A DNA stretch of 64,000 nt from Zootoca vivipara (lineage: Eukaryota): contig NC_083288.1 in assembly GCF_963506605.1 (NCBI RefSeq), positions 33,790,001 through 33,854,000 on the forward strand. Reading direction: 5' to 3'. A program made the translations under genes and the position numbers. Below, piece after piece: positions 1 to 11,900 of this stretch; position 1 is the first letter of the stretch, and every line of letters begins with the position of its first letter. The notes under the pieces were generated by a model, which saw only the letters and a program-made list of their open reading frames with translations, did not search any database and was not told where the DNA came from.

Positions 1-313
1 GCATCTGCCTATCTTTTGGTGAGATTCAACTGTGTGTTTTCATTTTGTATTTTTATATTGTGAATTTTGGCTTAAAATTTGTGTGTGTGTGTAAATGAAC
101 ATAGTTATTACAAAGCATCAATAAGTCACTCTGGTGACCTCTTTCCAAAGGAAATCAAACCCCCAGAACTTCTCACTGCTCAGAGAACTGGAGTGAGTGT
201 AACTCTTTGTTACAGAGGATTCTGGGTATTTTCTAGGGAGCACGCACAATTCCTGACTGGTACTGGCCTGGCTAATGTATCTCACTGTTGCCTTAGGTGA
301 ACAATGTACACTA

Positions 314-549
314 CAGTGGTACCTCCGGTTACGAACTTAATTCGTTCCAGAGGTCCGTTTGTAACCGGAACCCATTATTAACATGAGGCACACTTTCGCT
401 AATAGCGCCGCCCGCTGCTGCTGTGCCGACAGAGTGTGACTTCCATCCTGGGGCAAAGTTCGCAACCAGGAGCATCTACTTTCGGGTTAGCGGAGCTCAT
501 AACCCGAAGCATTCGTAAGGAGGACAGTACGTAACACGAAGTTCCACTG
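314..549. mobile_element. Tc1/mariner (Tigger/pogo-like) MITE
   Basis: TA|CAGTGGTACCTC...GTTCCACTG|TA: TIRs with a TA TSD. Confidence 0.8.
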
Positions 550-1899
550 TACCAAAATCTCCAGTAGCTGCACGTTGTAGTGGAAGACTGGCAGCAGTAA
601 GCAAGTTGTTTTAGCTCGCCTGCCCATAAGCTCCTTGTGTAACAGTATGGCAACCACTGATATGAATTTATTGATTCATTTGAAAGATTTCTTGTCCACC
701 TCTCAATGGAAGCTTTTGAAACAGGACAAAAGACAGTGCAATTAAACCATTTTTAATACCAACATTTTGACATTTTAAACCAGACAGAAACTGCACACCT
801 GATGGTGAAAAACAGCAACTAAAAACAAAAGTAAAAATAACAATTAAACGTGAATAAATGAACTACATTAACTAATTTTAGTTCAATGAACTAAAGCTAT
901 CGTTAAAAAGCCGGAAAGAAAAACATCCTCTTCGCTTAGTTACGAAAAAATATTTTAAAAGTTGGGAGGACACAACCACTGAAAAGGCTCTCTCACATTT
1001 GAAAGTGGTGGTACGCTTGATAGAGCTTCTGATGTAGATATTGTTACAGGGGCAGCCAGTGATGTCCACTGCATGCTACTGGATAACAAATGTGATCTGA
1101 CGCAGCCAGCATAGCAAGTGGTCAAGGGGGATGGGATCTGTTATCCATTGACATCTGGAGGGCACCATGTTGGCTATCCCTGCCTTAACAGACTGAGCAG
1201 GAAGGAGTTTTTAGGGAGGAAAGAGCTATATTAAGTACTACGTGAAGTGTTAATTCCACTTTCAGATGATTGTGGAAAAGCAGTGGTTCCGCAGCACTAC
1301 AAGGCTCTAATGCGGAAGGAGCCATTGATATGAATGCCAACCAGTGCCATGCTGAAGACATTGGCCCCATTTTCTAGTCCTGCTCCCCCAACACATGCAC
1401 CCCAAGCCTTAGCTGATCACAGGGGTGCGTTCAGACATGGGAATTTTGTGGTGGTTTTCCTGATTATAACACTAGCACTCCTGCCCTGTTTTCTAACGTT
1501 GCTTTCACACTGCTGAACCTATTGTAGCTTTTCAATTAATACTCTGGCATGCTGCACTAATTCTTTTTCATACTGGTGGGTGCAGTGTGATACAACCACA
1601 AATGTCATTGGACGTGTGGCTACTTCCCCACCCTTTCCGCACATGCGCACTTCCGTTCCCCCATGATTCATGCATGAAAATGGCACCAGAGAGCTGTATG
1701 CCGGTAGAGTACCCCAAATTTCACCGCTCATCTTCCACAATTTTCTGCGTTAACAGGGTTGCAAATGTATACAGTATCTCCCCTCCCCTGAAAGCAATTA
1801 ACATGGAAATGAGTGCTAAACTGCCCCTAGATTTCCAGAGGTGGCATTTACGTCCTGTGAAAGCTCAAATATACGGCAATGCAGAAATCAGCCCTTGGG

Positions 1900-4191
1900 T
1901 CACTGAGGCTTGCGCAGGCGCGTCTGAAGTTCAGCCATCATGTTGGGGTGCAGAGGCCCAAACCTGGGGAGGCAAAGAGAATGAATGGGCAAAGCGAGGC
2001 AAAACTCCAAGGTCAACTCCTGGGATGGTGGTGATAGGATATTCATATTTACCCAGAATGCCTTGGGTTCTGCCTGTGCGGTGTTTGTGGTTGAGCTGGA
2101 ACCTCCTCAGCTACACTTATCGTCTCTGGCTGCGTCGTCTCCACTGGCTGTCTCTTTGTGCTAGGCGCCCGCCGGATAGAGCTCTTGCGGCGAAGCAGCA
2201 CCCGCTCCATTTGGTGACTTGTGTTCAGTGGCTTGACCTGCATGGAAGCAGTGGATTGGTTAACTCCAGAGTCCTGACTCCCATCATGCTCCATTTTTAT
2301 ATTAGTTTTGCTTACCTTAACTGGGAACGTCCCAGTGATGGAGGCAGTGCAAACCATGGGTTCTTGCTGCTGGCGGCTGTCCGTCTCTTCTGTTTGCTTT
2401 GTCTGGACTCCAGCTGCTTCCAGCTCCTCTTTGTCAAGAAGACCACTAGCTTCTGCCGGCCTCTCTGATTCGCTCTCCTGGTCACTCTCCTCTAGCCATT
2501 CTTCTCCTGTAACTTCCACTTGTTCTTCTGCTGCCTCCTTTCTCACGGGTTCCTCTACCTCCCTCTGCTGGACCCCTTCTGTCTCTTCTACACCTGCCAC
2601 TTCTTCCCACTGACCACCCCTGTTCTCTGCTATTCCCTTTGGCTCCCCATCCTGCTCTCTCTCAGTTTCTGCCGCGTCCGGCATTGCTTGCTGAATTTCT
2701 TCTTCTTCGGCTATATCTAACTCCTCCTGCAGGTTCTCTTCCACCTCTGGTTCTTCTTCTTGTTCCTGCTTGACCTCCAGCTCTTGACCATTTGCCATCT
2801 TGACCTCCTCTTCCTCCTTCTCTAGCCCCCTGTGGTGAAACCCCACAGCCCATGTCTTCCCCTCCTGCCCTTCTGCCTCTGGATCTTCTGTGTGTTCCTG
2901 CTCGACCTCCAGTTGCTCATCTTCTGCCATCTTGGTTGCCTCCTCCAGCCCTCGGTGTTGTACCTCCACAAACTGTGACCAATCTGGTACCCTTTCCTGA
3001 ATCCCCTCGTACCATAAAGTTTCTCCCAGTTCCTTTTCCTGACCACAATCAGTCTCTCTTGTGCCTTTTACTTCCTCCTCGGGCTCCCACAGGTGGCTTC
3101 TCCCAGCTCCGAGCATCTCCTCCTGGTCTCCTTCAGTCTCTGCCATATTTATTTCCTCCAGCAGGTCCTTTTCCATCTCTGTTTCATTTTCCTGTTGTCT
3201 CTCAGCCTCTAGCTGCTGTCCCTCCACCATCTTGACCCCCTCCTCCACCACCCCACTGAGCTGAAACCCCACAGCCCTCACCATCCCATCCAGCCCTCTC
3301 TGCTCTTCTCCCACAAATGGTGTCAAATCTGGTGCAATTTGCTGGGTCCTGTCATACCACAAGGTTCCCACTTGTTTTTCCTCCCTCTCCTCTGAAGTTT
3401 CTTCTTCCTGCCCTTGTTTCTCCAACTGTTTGCCTTTGGGCCCCTCTGCTTCCCCATGCTGATGCTGTTCTGTATCTGCCACTTCCTCTAGCGCCCCCTG
3501 CTGCTGACCTCCTCCTATCCAGCTGGTTCCTTCTAGCTCCCACTGATGGAGTCCCCCAGTAGCAGTTGGCCCCTCCACATCTTTATGTTTGATGCTGCTG
3601 ATCGCAGCTGCTGTGGGGCTTGGCTCTGGAGCATCAGCTGGGAACTGAGAGGACTCTGTGGGGGAGAAATTAGGAGGGTCACGTTTACAATATTTATGTA
3701 CAATATTTGGATTATGCATTTGAATTATATAGCTCCCTCCGCACAAGCCACAGGGCAGCTTACAACAAAGCAAATAGTTAAAAACGCATACAATTGATGA
3801 ACCAGGATCTTTCAAAAGCACGTAGCAGTTATCACCGAATAACAATTGCTAATAGCATTCAGGTCTCTCCTCCTCTAAACACCCACCAGAAAAGAGGAGT
3901 CTTAACTAACTGCCTGAAACACAGCTCAGTTATGAGGGAGTTGCAAATACTAGGAGTTCCTACTGAAGGGGCTCTTTCCTGGGTCCCACACTATGAATCT
4001 CATACTGTGGCAACACAGATCTTGGTCTCTTCGCCTCTGCATTTGAGCACCCCAGAACCTAAAGATATTGGTTTCTCCTCACAAATATATACATTCCTAT
4101 ATTATTATTCCACCCTGAAACTAAGGATGTTTTCTTATTGTAAAATATTTTTATTATCGTAATTTCTTTTAAACTGCAACAAGGCTAACAA

Positions 4192-4241
<50 letters not shown>

Positions 4242-5396
4242 GCAAGATGTCAGAATAAAACATCATCCCCAGTAACAAAGCACCAAAAACCCTGAAATTA
4301 TACAGGATCATTAAACATTCAGGATCACAATCAATAAAAACAATAGCAGAGAAACATCAGTGCATGCAGAATGCCCAATATAAATATATTGATTTCTCTT
4401 TCCAGGATGAGCCATGCGCCAGTAGTCCCAGTTCTGGAATCTTATTCAAATGGCATATATTAGCACAGGAACTTGTCAGTGACAAAGATGGAGGTTTCTC
4501 TGCTCATATGCAGAGGGTCTTATCCTCAAGACTTAGTAACCACAACCGCTTCCCACACATTTATGTTTAGGATGGAGACTCCAAGCTAAAACAAACCAGG
4601 TAGCAACCCAATCCTCCTAGAAACCCCCATCGGGCCCTCCACAGTGTGACTTTGGCACGTTCTAGAATTTTCCATCACCTGAGAGCTTTTCCTCAGCCTT
4701 TTCCTGTCCCTCAGATCTGATGGGCAATTTGGAAAGTTTGTGAACAGACTCTGTTGCCTGAGCATCGTTGTCTGCTGCTTCTGACGCTGCCTGGATTTCT
4801 TGGTTGGCTGGGGTTATCTGAAAAAGGAAGGACCATGGTGAAGGAGAGGCGGAGCTTAGATGACTCTTGCCCCGCCTCCTCTTTTCCAGCACCTACCTCT
4901 GTGGTGAGGCAACCTTCGAAGACCTCCAGATGTCTCGTTGGAGGGATGTCCCTGCAGGGAAGAGGGGGAATGGGTGAATCTAGCTGCTGTGCCGGAGACC
5001 CTTCCACTCAAGAGGCAGAAAGCTCCAAGCATAAATAGCTCCCCCACTCCCATCTCAACCAGCGGCTTCATTACCCAGAGTGTGCCGTCTCCACTTCCCC
5101 ATCATGGCTGCTGCAACGGCTGCTCCTATTCCTTCTCTGTCCTGGCTCTTCTGCTCCCGGATAAGTTTCATCTCCAAGCAGGTAAGTGGTGAAGGACGAA
5201 ACATAATCCTGAAGATGGGGTGGAGCAAGGGAGACACTGAATGCAGATGGTCTGTTGAGCAAGCCAGCAGACGCACCCACCTCCCTCTACGTAAGTCATG
5301 GGCCCTGGAGCCCACCCCAGCTTGGCTGACGACCAAAGGGGGTTTCTTTACCAGAGCCCGTTGAAGGGTCCCCAGCAGGCGTTGAAGGTGCTCCAT
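1900..5396 (-). CDS. APOBR: Apolipoprotein B receptor (APOBR), 7 coding exons, 653 aa
   Basis: Exons (minus): 5352-5396, 5075-5208, 4897-4951, 4679-4817, 2316-3655, 2053-2237, 1900-1963. All introns are GT-AG, phases agree and the total is 1962 nt. N-term MEHLQRLLGTLQRAL|DYVSSFTTYLLGDE resembles recalled human MDFLRLYLPGLHQALRGALDSLGTFVSYLLGDA. C-term GFGPLHPNMMAELQTRLRKPQ* resembles human GFGLAHPGMMQELQARLGRPKPQ*. The middle is Glu-rich, and the gene is head-to-head with CLN3 as in mammals. Confidence 0.88.
4192..4241. repeat. (ATT)n microsatellite
   Basis: Read directly from the sequence. Confidence 0.95.
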
Positions 5397-6039
5397 CGGA
5401 CATCTGGGTCAGGTGGAGAGGAGGTACAGCAGCTTCTCCTTTCTCCCCAGGGAGGGAAGTAACGCCGCCGTCAAAGCTTCTGACCACATCCTCCTCCTCC
5501 CCTTTGCAACTCATTGCCACAGTCCGTTCTGGCTTTGCACAACTGTTAAAGCAGCACACCACAAACCCGATGGAAACAAGAAGCGTTGAGAGACAGTCAG
5601 TGTCAAATGCCGACTAAATCAGCCTCCAACTCAGGCTGTTGGAGTTGGAAAATTCTGTTAATCTTGTTCATTAACCCTCCCTTTTTTACTTTCATCCAAA
5701 TATCAACCCTTCTATAAAAAAATAATAATAAAAAGATTCTCTCTCTCTCTTGAAAATTTAGTGGCAACTTGACCTGAACCCTGTGCCAACCAGCGATTAA
5801 CTTTGACCAAAACACACCCAGGTTCTTTCCCAACTTGTGGAACAACCCACAACAAGTTGGGGTTCTGATTAGTTTCAAAATAGAGCAGAGCTTAGCATAC
5901 CATTAACGTGATTACAAGTAAGGCTGCTATTTATTCATTCATCTGTTTATTAGACCATTATGATCATGCCTTCCCATCCCAGAAAAGAGACCCTTAAGGT
6001 AGCTAGCCATTGTTACAATCATAAAAATTCAGGAGGTTC

Positions 6040-6041
<2 letters not shown>

Positions 6042-6095
<54 letters not shown>
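6042..6095. repeat. (GA)n microsatellite
   Basis: Read directly from the sequence. Confidence 0.95.
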
Positions 6096-6097
<2 letters not shown>

Positions 6098-6261
6098 AAG
6101 AACAAACGAAGGAGCATTAACAAATCAGTTCCCAAATGCCAAATGATGACAGAATGATCCAAGGCCATAGCAGCCTAATTCAGTAGGCCTGCGTACATTT
6201 AAAGCTGTACCTTTATCCTCGCAGAGCTAGTCCTCAGCAAACTACATTTCCCAGGAGACAT

Positions 6262-6298
<37 letters not shown>

Positions 6299-6731
6299 GT
6301 GCGCGCGTGCTTTAAATGTATGGTGTGTGTGCAGCCCCAGGTGAGGCATCTACATTTCTAGGTGGGGCTTGAAAGAAATGAATGGGAAATCAGGCAGCTT
6401 CCAGACTGTTGCTGTTTTGCAGGTGGGATTTAATCCCATACTGGCAAATTCAGGTTGCACGATTAAAGTTGATCTAGCGCTCTTTCTCAAGAAGCTCATC
6501 TGCTCCGCCAATCAAATAGGAGGGTGATGGGGAAATGCACTTGAAAGTGTGGGATTAAAACTTGCTTGATGCAACACTGTATAATCTCCCTCTAAAGGAA
6601 TCAGAGCAAATGCTCAATCTTTGTGCAAACAGATTGGGATGAATGCTCCATAAATAGCTCACCTGGAAGTGACCTTTGGTTATTTCCTCAGAAACATGGC
6701 TCCAACATAGGATTAGACAAATAAATAGAAA

Positions 6732-7077
6732 AGAGGAGACTGAGAGGAGATATGATAGCCATCTTCAAATAGCTTAAGGGATGTCACATGGAAGACGGAG
6801 CAAGCTTCTTTTCTCCTGCTCTGGAGGGTAGGACTCGAACCAATGACTTCAAGTTACAAGAAAGGAGATTCTAACTAAACATGGGGGAAAACTTTCTGAC
6901 AGTAAGAGCTGTTCGACAGTGGAACAGTCTCCCCTCGGGAGGTGGTATACTCTCCTTCCTTGGAGGTTTTTAAGCAGAGGTTGGAGGGCCATCTGTCATG
7001 GATGCTTTAGCTGTATTGCAGGGGGTTGGACTAGATGACCCTTGGGTCCCTTCCAGTTCTATGATTCCAAGATTCTA
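6732..7077 (+). mobile_element. CR1 LINE 3' fragment
   Basis: ORF2 C-terminal remnant (RRLRGDMIAIFK...) followed by the CR1 3' UTR ending GGTCCCTTCCAGTTCTATGATTC. Confidence 0.85.
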
Positions 7078-7156
7078 AATGCAGGATAAGGCTATCAAAG
7101 GCTACTAGCCACAATGGCTATGCTCTGCCTCTACAGTTGGACATTGTGTGAAGCTT

Positions 7157-7330
7157 GGGTTGCATACACACACCACACTTGTAATGCACGCAGCTTTCTC
7201 TAAAGAATCCAGGGAATTGTAGTTTGCTAAGGGTGCTTGGAATTGTAGCTTGGTGAGGGGTAAACTACAGTTCCAAGAATTCTTGGGGAGGGGAGTCATG
7301 TGCTTTAAATGTACGGTGGGTATGCAGCCT
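7157..7330. mobile_element. Palindromic MITE (GGCTGCATACACACC-type ends); related copies near 6186-6336, 44470-44625, 47483-47663, 58095-58240 and 61993-62140
   Basis: Shared TIR-like ends and an internal AAGAATCCTGGGAATTGTAGT inverted pair. Superfamily uncertain, possibly PIF/Harbinger. Confidence 0.65.
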
Positions 7331-8619
7331 AGAATGCCTAAAGAGTACTAATAGTTACAGCTCCAAATCTCTCACATATGTCTTCTGCAGGGTTGTGTTT
7401 CCTCAGAGGAACCAGTTAAGAATAACATCTATTTCCTCTGGCCTAGGTGGAGAGAGAGAGAGGTCACAGATCAAGGAAGCTCGGTAAACGGCGTCCTTAA
7501 AATCAAACTCATTGTTGGTTTGTACAATATAAAGATCCTTCGAGAGAAGACTTCTTCAATCCAGAATCGTTAAACAACTTGCAAAGGGTCATTTTCTTTA
7601 GGAGTGCAGGAAGGATTCTAGTATCTAAACCAAAAAGTGGGACTTCCTTTGCAGTTGGTCTGGAATCATATGGGTGGTACAGAGATCCACAGAGCTGCAG
7701 CCTGGGGATGCCGGGCCATTCCTCAGAGAGCAACAGGTGTAGCCCAGAAACCCCAATTCTGAACATAGTGGGGGAGAAGTAGCTTCCTACAAGGCTTGAT
7801 TCCACCACAGCCCCTGCCGCCTATTATTTTTTCTCTCTTTCAGAAATTCACCATGTGGAGCAAAGCTCATCCCCTCATCAGAATATGCCCCCCTATTTAT
7901 TTATTTGCCCTGGCCTGCATGAATTGCATGTGCATGAAAGGTCACGTATTTAAGCTCTGGGTCGCAAAGCACAGACAGATTTATAAATTCATGTGTATGT
8001 GACAAATTCCAGAGAGGCCATCAGGCTTGGCTGCAATATATTGTAATGGATTGTTCTGAAGTCATTTCAGCACCAGATTAAAAACAAAATTGCCCCAGCT
8101 CCCCCTGCCTGCCCGCCCCGCCCGCCATCCTGTCCTGTATTTTGTCAGAACAAAGTTGGCAACCCTACTTGGGATGACTGCCCCCTCCCCCACGCTTTTA
8201 CTTACTTTTTAAAACGTTTCTGTTCTGGAAGGTACTAAGGAGTCTGTTTTGTTTACGGTTTACTTTGTGATTTTTCTCTGGGATTTCTGCTATAATTTTA
8301 AAAATAAACATTTTACTTTATTTCGAGTGTTTTGAATGGTCAGGATAGAGGGATGCAAATATTTCAAAATAAAATACATGGCAAAACTCTGCAATCGGTC
8401 ACTCCATTAAATACATGCAGGCCTCGTGTAGAATGCCTAATTTAAAGTGATAACGAAACAATACCGAACCTGTTCATACCCATCTGAAGCTACCCGATGA
8501 ATAGCGTTATTGCAATAACTTTCCGACAATCACGCTCTGCCGGGAGAGGAGACTGTTGTTGTAAAGCAGCCATGTCAATTGAGGGCACATCTAGCTTCAT
8601 TACAGCGACTTGTTGGTCA

Positions 8620-8850
8620 GCTTGTGCCTACGTCAATGTATGGCTTTATCGGCAGGGCACGCAAGTGAGGGCACTGGGAGCAGGAAATGGCATCAAACCC
8701 GGAAGCAAGGTCAGGCGGCAACTTCAGCTTCACATGACAGCTGCTTAGGAGGAAGCTTATTGGATCTGTTACGCCTAGCAGAGAGGAGCGATGATATGGC
8801 CTAAAGCTACGCGGTCATGGTCTAAGGCTCCGATTTCTTAAAGGTACAGA
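8620..8850 (+). promoter_or_regulatory. Probable CLN3 promoter / 5' UTR exon
   Basis: CRE-like TACGTCA at 8629-8635, ETS CCGGAAG at 8699-8705 and M-box/CLEAR-like TCACATGAC at 8730-8738, about 260 bp upstream of the ATG. A candidate donor AAG|GTACAG lies near 8843. Confidence 0.5.
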
Positions 8851-8994
8851 AAGAGAGACTGGTGTGTGCAAGAGGGAGAGGATATCTCAGTGTAGTTATG
8901 AAGTTTCTAGGGCAGCTATGGTTTCTGTTTTTATCTATGCCCCCCCTTTTGTTATAGATAGTCGCCCCCACTACCCCATTCTGCCCTGCCTGCC

Positions 8995-11900
8995 ATGGGA
9001 CCTCCTGGGAGTCTGTGGCATCACATCCCGAGTGATTCTGAAGGTGAGTCTTCTTTGCTCCCATCTCTCATCCCCCCCATTCAACAACCCCCCCCCGTTT
9101 TCTTCCCTGACTCTGCTCCTCTTCCACCCCCTCAAGAAACAGGGGAAGATGAAGATGCCTCACCCTCTGCCGAGCCTGAGACCACCCTGGATGCCTGTAG
9201 CCAGTGGAGGAACAATGTGGGCTTCTGGTGAGGTCCCCTTTGCTTTATTTCCACAGTTTTTCTAGGCTATGGAGCATGAACAAAAGCAGAACCTCATTTC
9301 TTATTTTATATAATGCAGCTTCTCTGTGGCATTATTTCTTGCACAATGACAGCTCGATTAAACTCAGGTTTCTCTTTCTATGCGTTGGTGCATTTTGCTG
9401 TATGCTCTGTTCACAGTAAACTGATCAGATTTCCTTTCCTTTTGATCTCCTCCCTTGTTGCATCCTCCACATCTGAGCATATTGCAACATACTGGAGGGC
9501 TGTGTGGGGCTTGCTGTAGCCGGATTTGTACGAACTCTCTCACACACTCGTTGCCTGGGGAACAGAGGGTGTGGGGATGCCATTCTGGGATTTCAAAAGG
9601 GACTAGTCTAAAGGCACGATGTAGCAACCTTGCTAAAGCTAGGCAGAACTGAATCTGGATGGGAGGCTGCTTGGGAGCAGGGAACCTTATATATGCCCCC
9701 TTGAACTCTGGCCTGGAAAAAAGGCAGAATAGAGATGAAAGAAATGATATGATAACACTGACTCTCCTGTCTTGCGCTTCTGGGTGCTCTGACTTGCCTG
9801 CTTTCCCCTCCACAGGTTGCTGGGACTCTGCAACAACTTTGCCTATGTAGTAATGCTGAGTGCGGCCCATGATATTCTCAGCCATCAGAAGGTGCCAGCA
9901 GGCAATGGGACTGAACCAGTGAGAATTCAAACAAGAGGAGTTCTTGAGTGTTTGTGTACAAAACAGAGCAAGAAACAGATTGTACTGGGTGCAGGAGAAA
10001 GCAAGAGAAAGTATCTGAGCCTGGATGAGAGAGATGAATAGAAAAACAGGGATAGAAAAACATCTGTGTGCCAGATGTGGTACATTAGAGCCTACAGATG
10101 CGAAGGACTGTGGGCTGTGGCAGAGGGTGCATCACCTGTGTGTACGAAAGATGAAAAAGGATTATTTGGATGTTGGCACTGCACTAAGGCTGACTCTAGC
10201 ACTTGGTTAGCAAGGCCTTTGGATATTTGAAAGGCCTCTTAAGATCAAACTACTCTAAGCAGAGGGGAAATTTCAGGCAAACGTGAAGGCAAACATCTCA
10301 GAGCATTGGATCTGACCACAAACAGATTTGCTCTGTAAATTTGTGGACAAGTACTGTAAGTGGGGAAAACGAGCCATTCAGATATTGTACACAGCAAAGA
10401 AGGAATTGGGATGCCCTTACACTGCTAGTGAGCACATGCACTAATCGAGAAGATTGTGACATTGCCCAGTGCTAACTAAGATGGCAGCAGTAATGTCACT
10501 CTCCTCCTGGGCCCTGCAACATGACCAGGGAGCCGTATACAAACCAGCCATGCTGGTTGCTGACAGTGGTCATGAGTATGAACAGAATGTTTGACAATGC
10601 GATTTGGTGGTGCTAATATTGTACTGTTGAGTGTTTAGAATAGGACCAGGGAGATCTGGGTTCAAATTCCCACAAAGCCATGAAGCTCACTGGGTAATCT
10701 GGAGTTTGTCAGCCTAACCTACCTCCCAGAGTTGCTGTGGAGATAAATGGGGGAGGGTAAAACCATGTTACACTGTCCCTAAACTAACCATTGATGGAAG
10801 GTTGGACTAAAAGTATAATAAAAAGTGTCTGAAAATCTGCAAAGGTCAAACTTCTAACTGCATTTTTTGAAACCTTCAGACTTCAGACTGGTCATTTCTT
10901 TGCAAAAAGTAGTTCCAGGGCCCCTCTAATCTTCCCCCTCTCTTCCTGTTCCAACCTCCCCACTACCACCACCAAAGCTGATATTTGCCCCTATTCTAAA
11001 AATCAAGAAAATGGCAGGCAAAAGAAGGGTTAAAGCTGGGTTGAGGAACCGGTGACCCTCCATGGTGTCTGGGGCTGCTGGGAGTTGGAGTCCAACAGCA
11101 CCTGGAGGGCCACAGGATTAATCCATGGATTAAACCAGGCACCCCCAAACTTCGGCCCTCCAGATGTTTTAGACTACAATTCCCATCATCCCTGACTGAA
11201 TGCCTGACTGAATAAGTTATACTTCCATACTGGAATGAGGAAAATCTTGGAAAACAGATGGTGAAATGATGGCTGAAAAAATTATTCTCTCCTACATTTA
11301 ACCTCTTGTGCCCAATTGCTCCCTCAGACTCCCCCCAGCGTTCCTGCAAATGCTTCTCGTTACGACTGCAATGCCATCTCCACGGGGGTAAGTGTCGGAT
11401 GCGGGGAGATGACAGGGGCAGGTTTGAGAGTGTGGCACCAGCTACTGGCTCACTCCCATCTCTTTGTTGCCCCCTACAGGCCGTGCTGTTGGCTGACATT
11501 CTGCCCACCCTTCTAATCAAATTCAGCGCACCTTTTTGTATCCACTTGCTCCCATATGGGTGAGTTGGCTCAGATCGCTGGAAATGTCGTCTGGGTAGAA
11601 ACCAAATTCCCCTGTAATGCAAAATGGAAATGGGAACTTATTTGCATGTGTATTTGGAACAAAATTGTATAATCCGTAGAAAGGAGAAGATGTTAAATTG
11701 CATTATGTACTTGTGGCCTTTCTGTTAACATATATGAAAAAATATCTTGATTCATTATTGTGAAGTAATATCCAAGCCAAGGCTTGCTGGGAATTGTAAC
11801 TCTCTGAGTGCCAAACCACAGAGCCCAGAATTCTTTGAAGGAAGAATGAGCTACGAGCCCTGGTAGTCACGAGGGGTTGTCTTTGTATGTGACATATGGG

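Noticed and set aside
1587-2468. 293-aa plus-strand ORF
   Set aside because: Largely an antisense shadow of APOBR exons and 3' UTR, with no recognisable domain.
3656-3845. N-terminal part of the 598-aa ORF (2049-3845, minus) as a single-exon gene
   Set aside because: The ORF start lies in an intron. The real exon starts at 3655, after the acceptor AG, and is in phase with four upstream APOBR exons.
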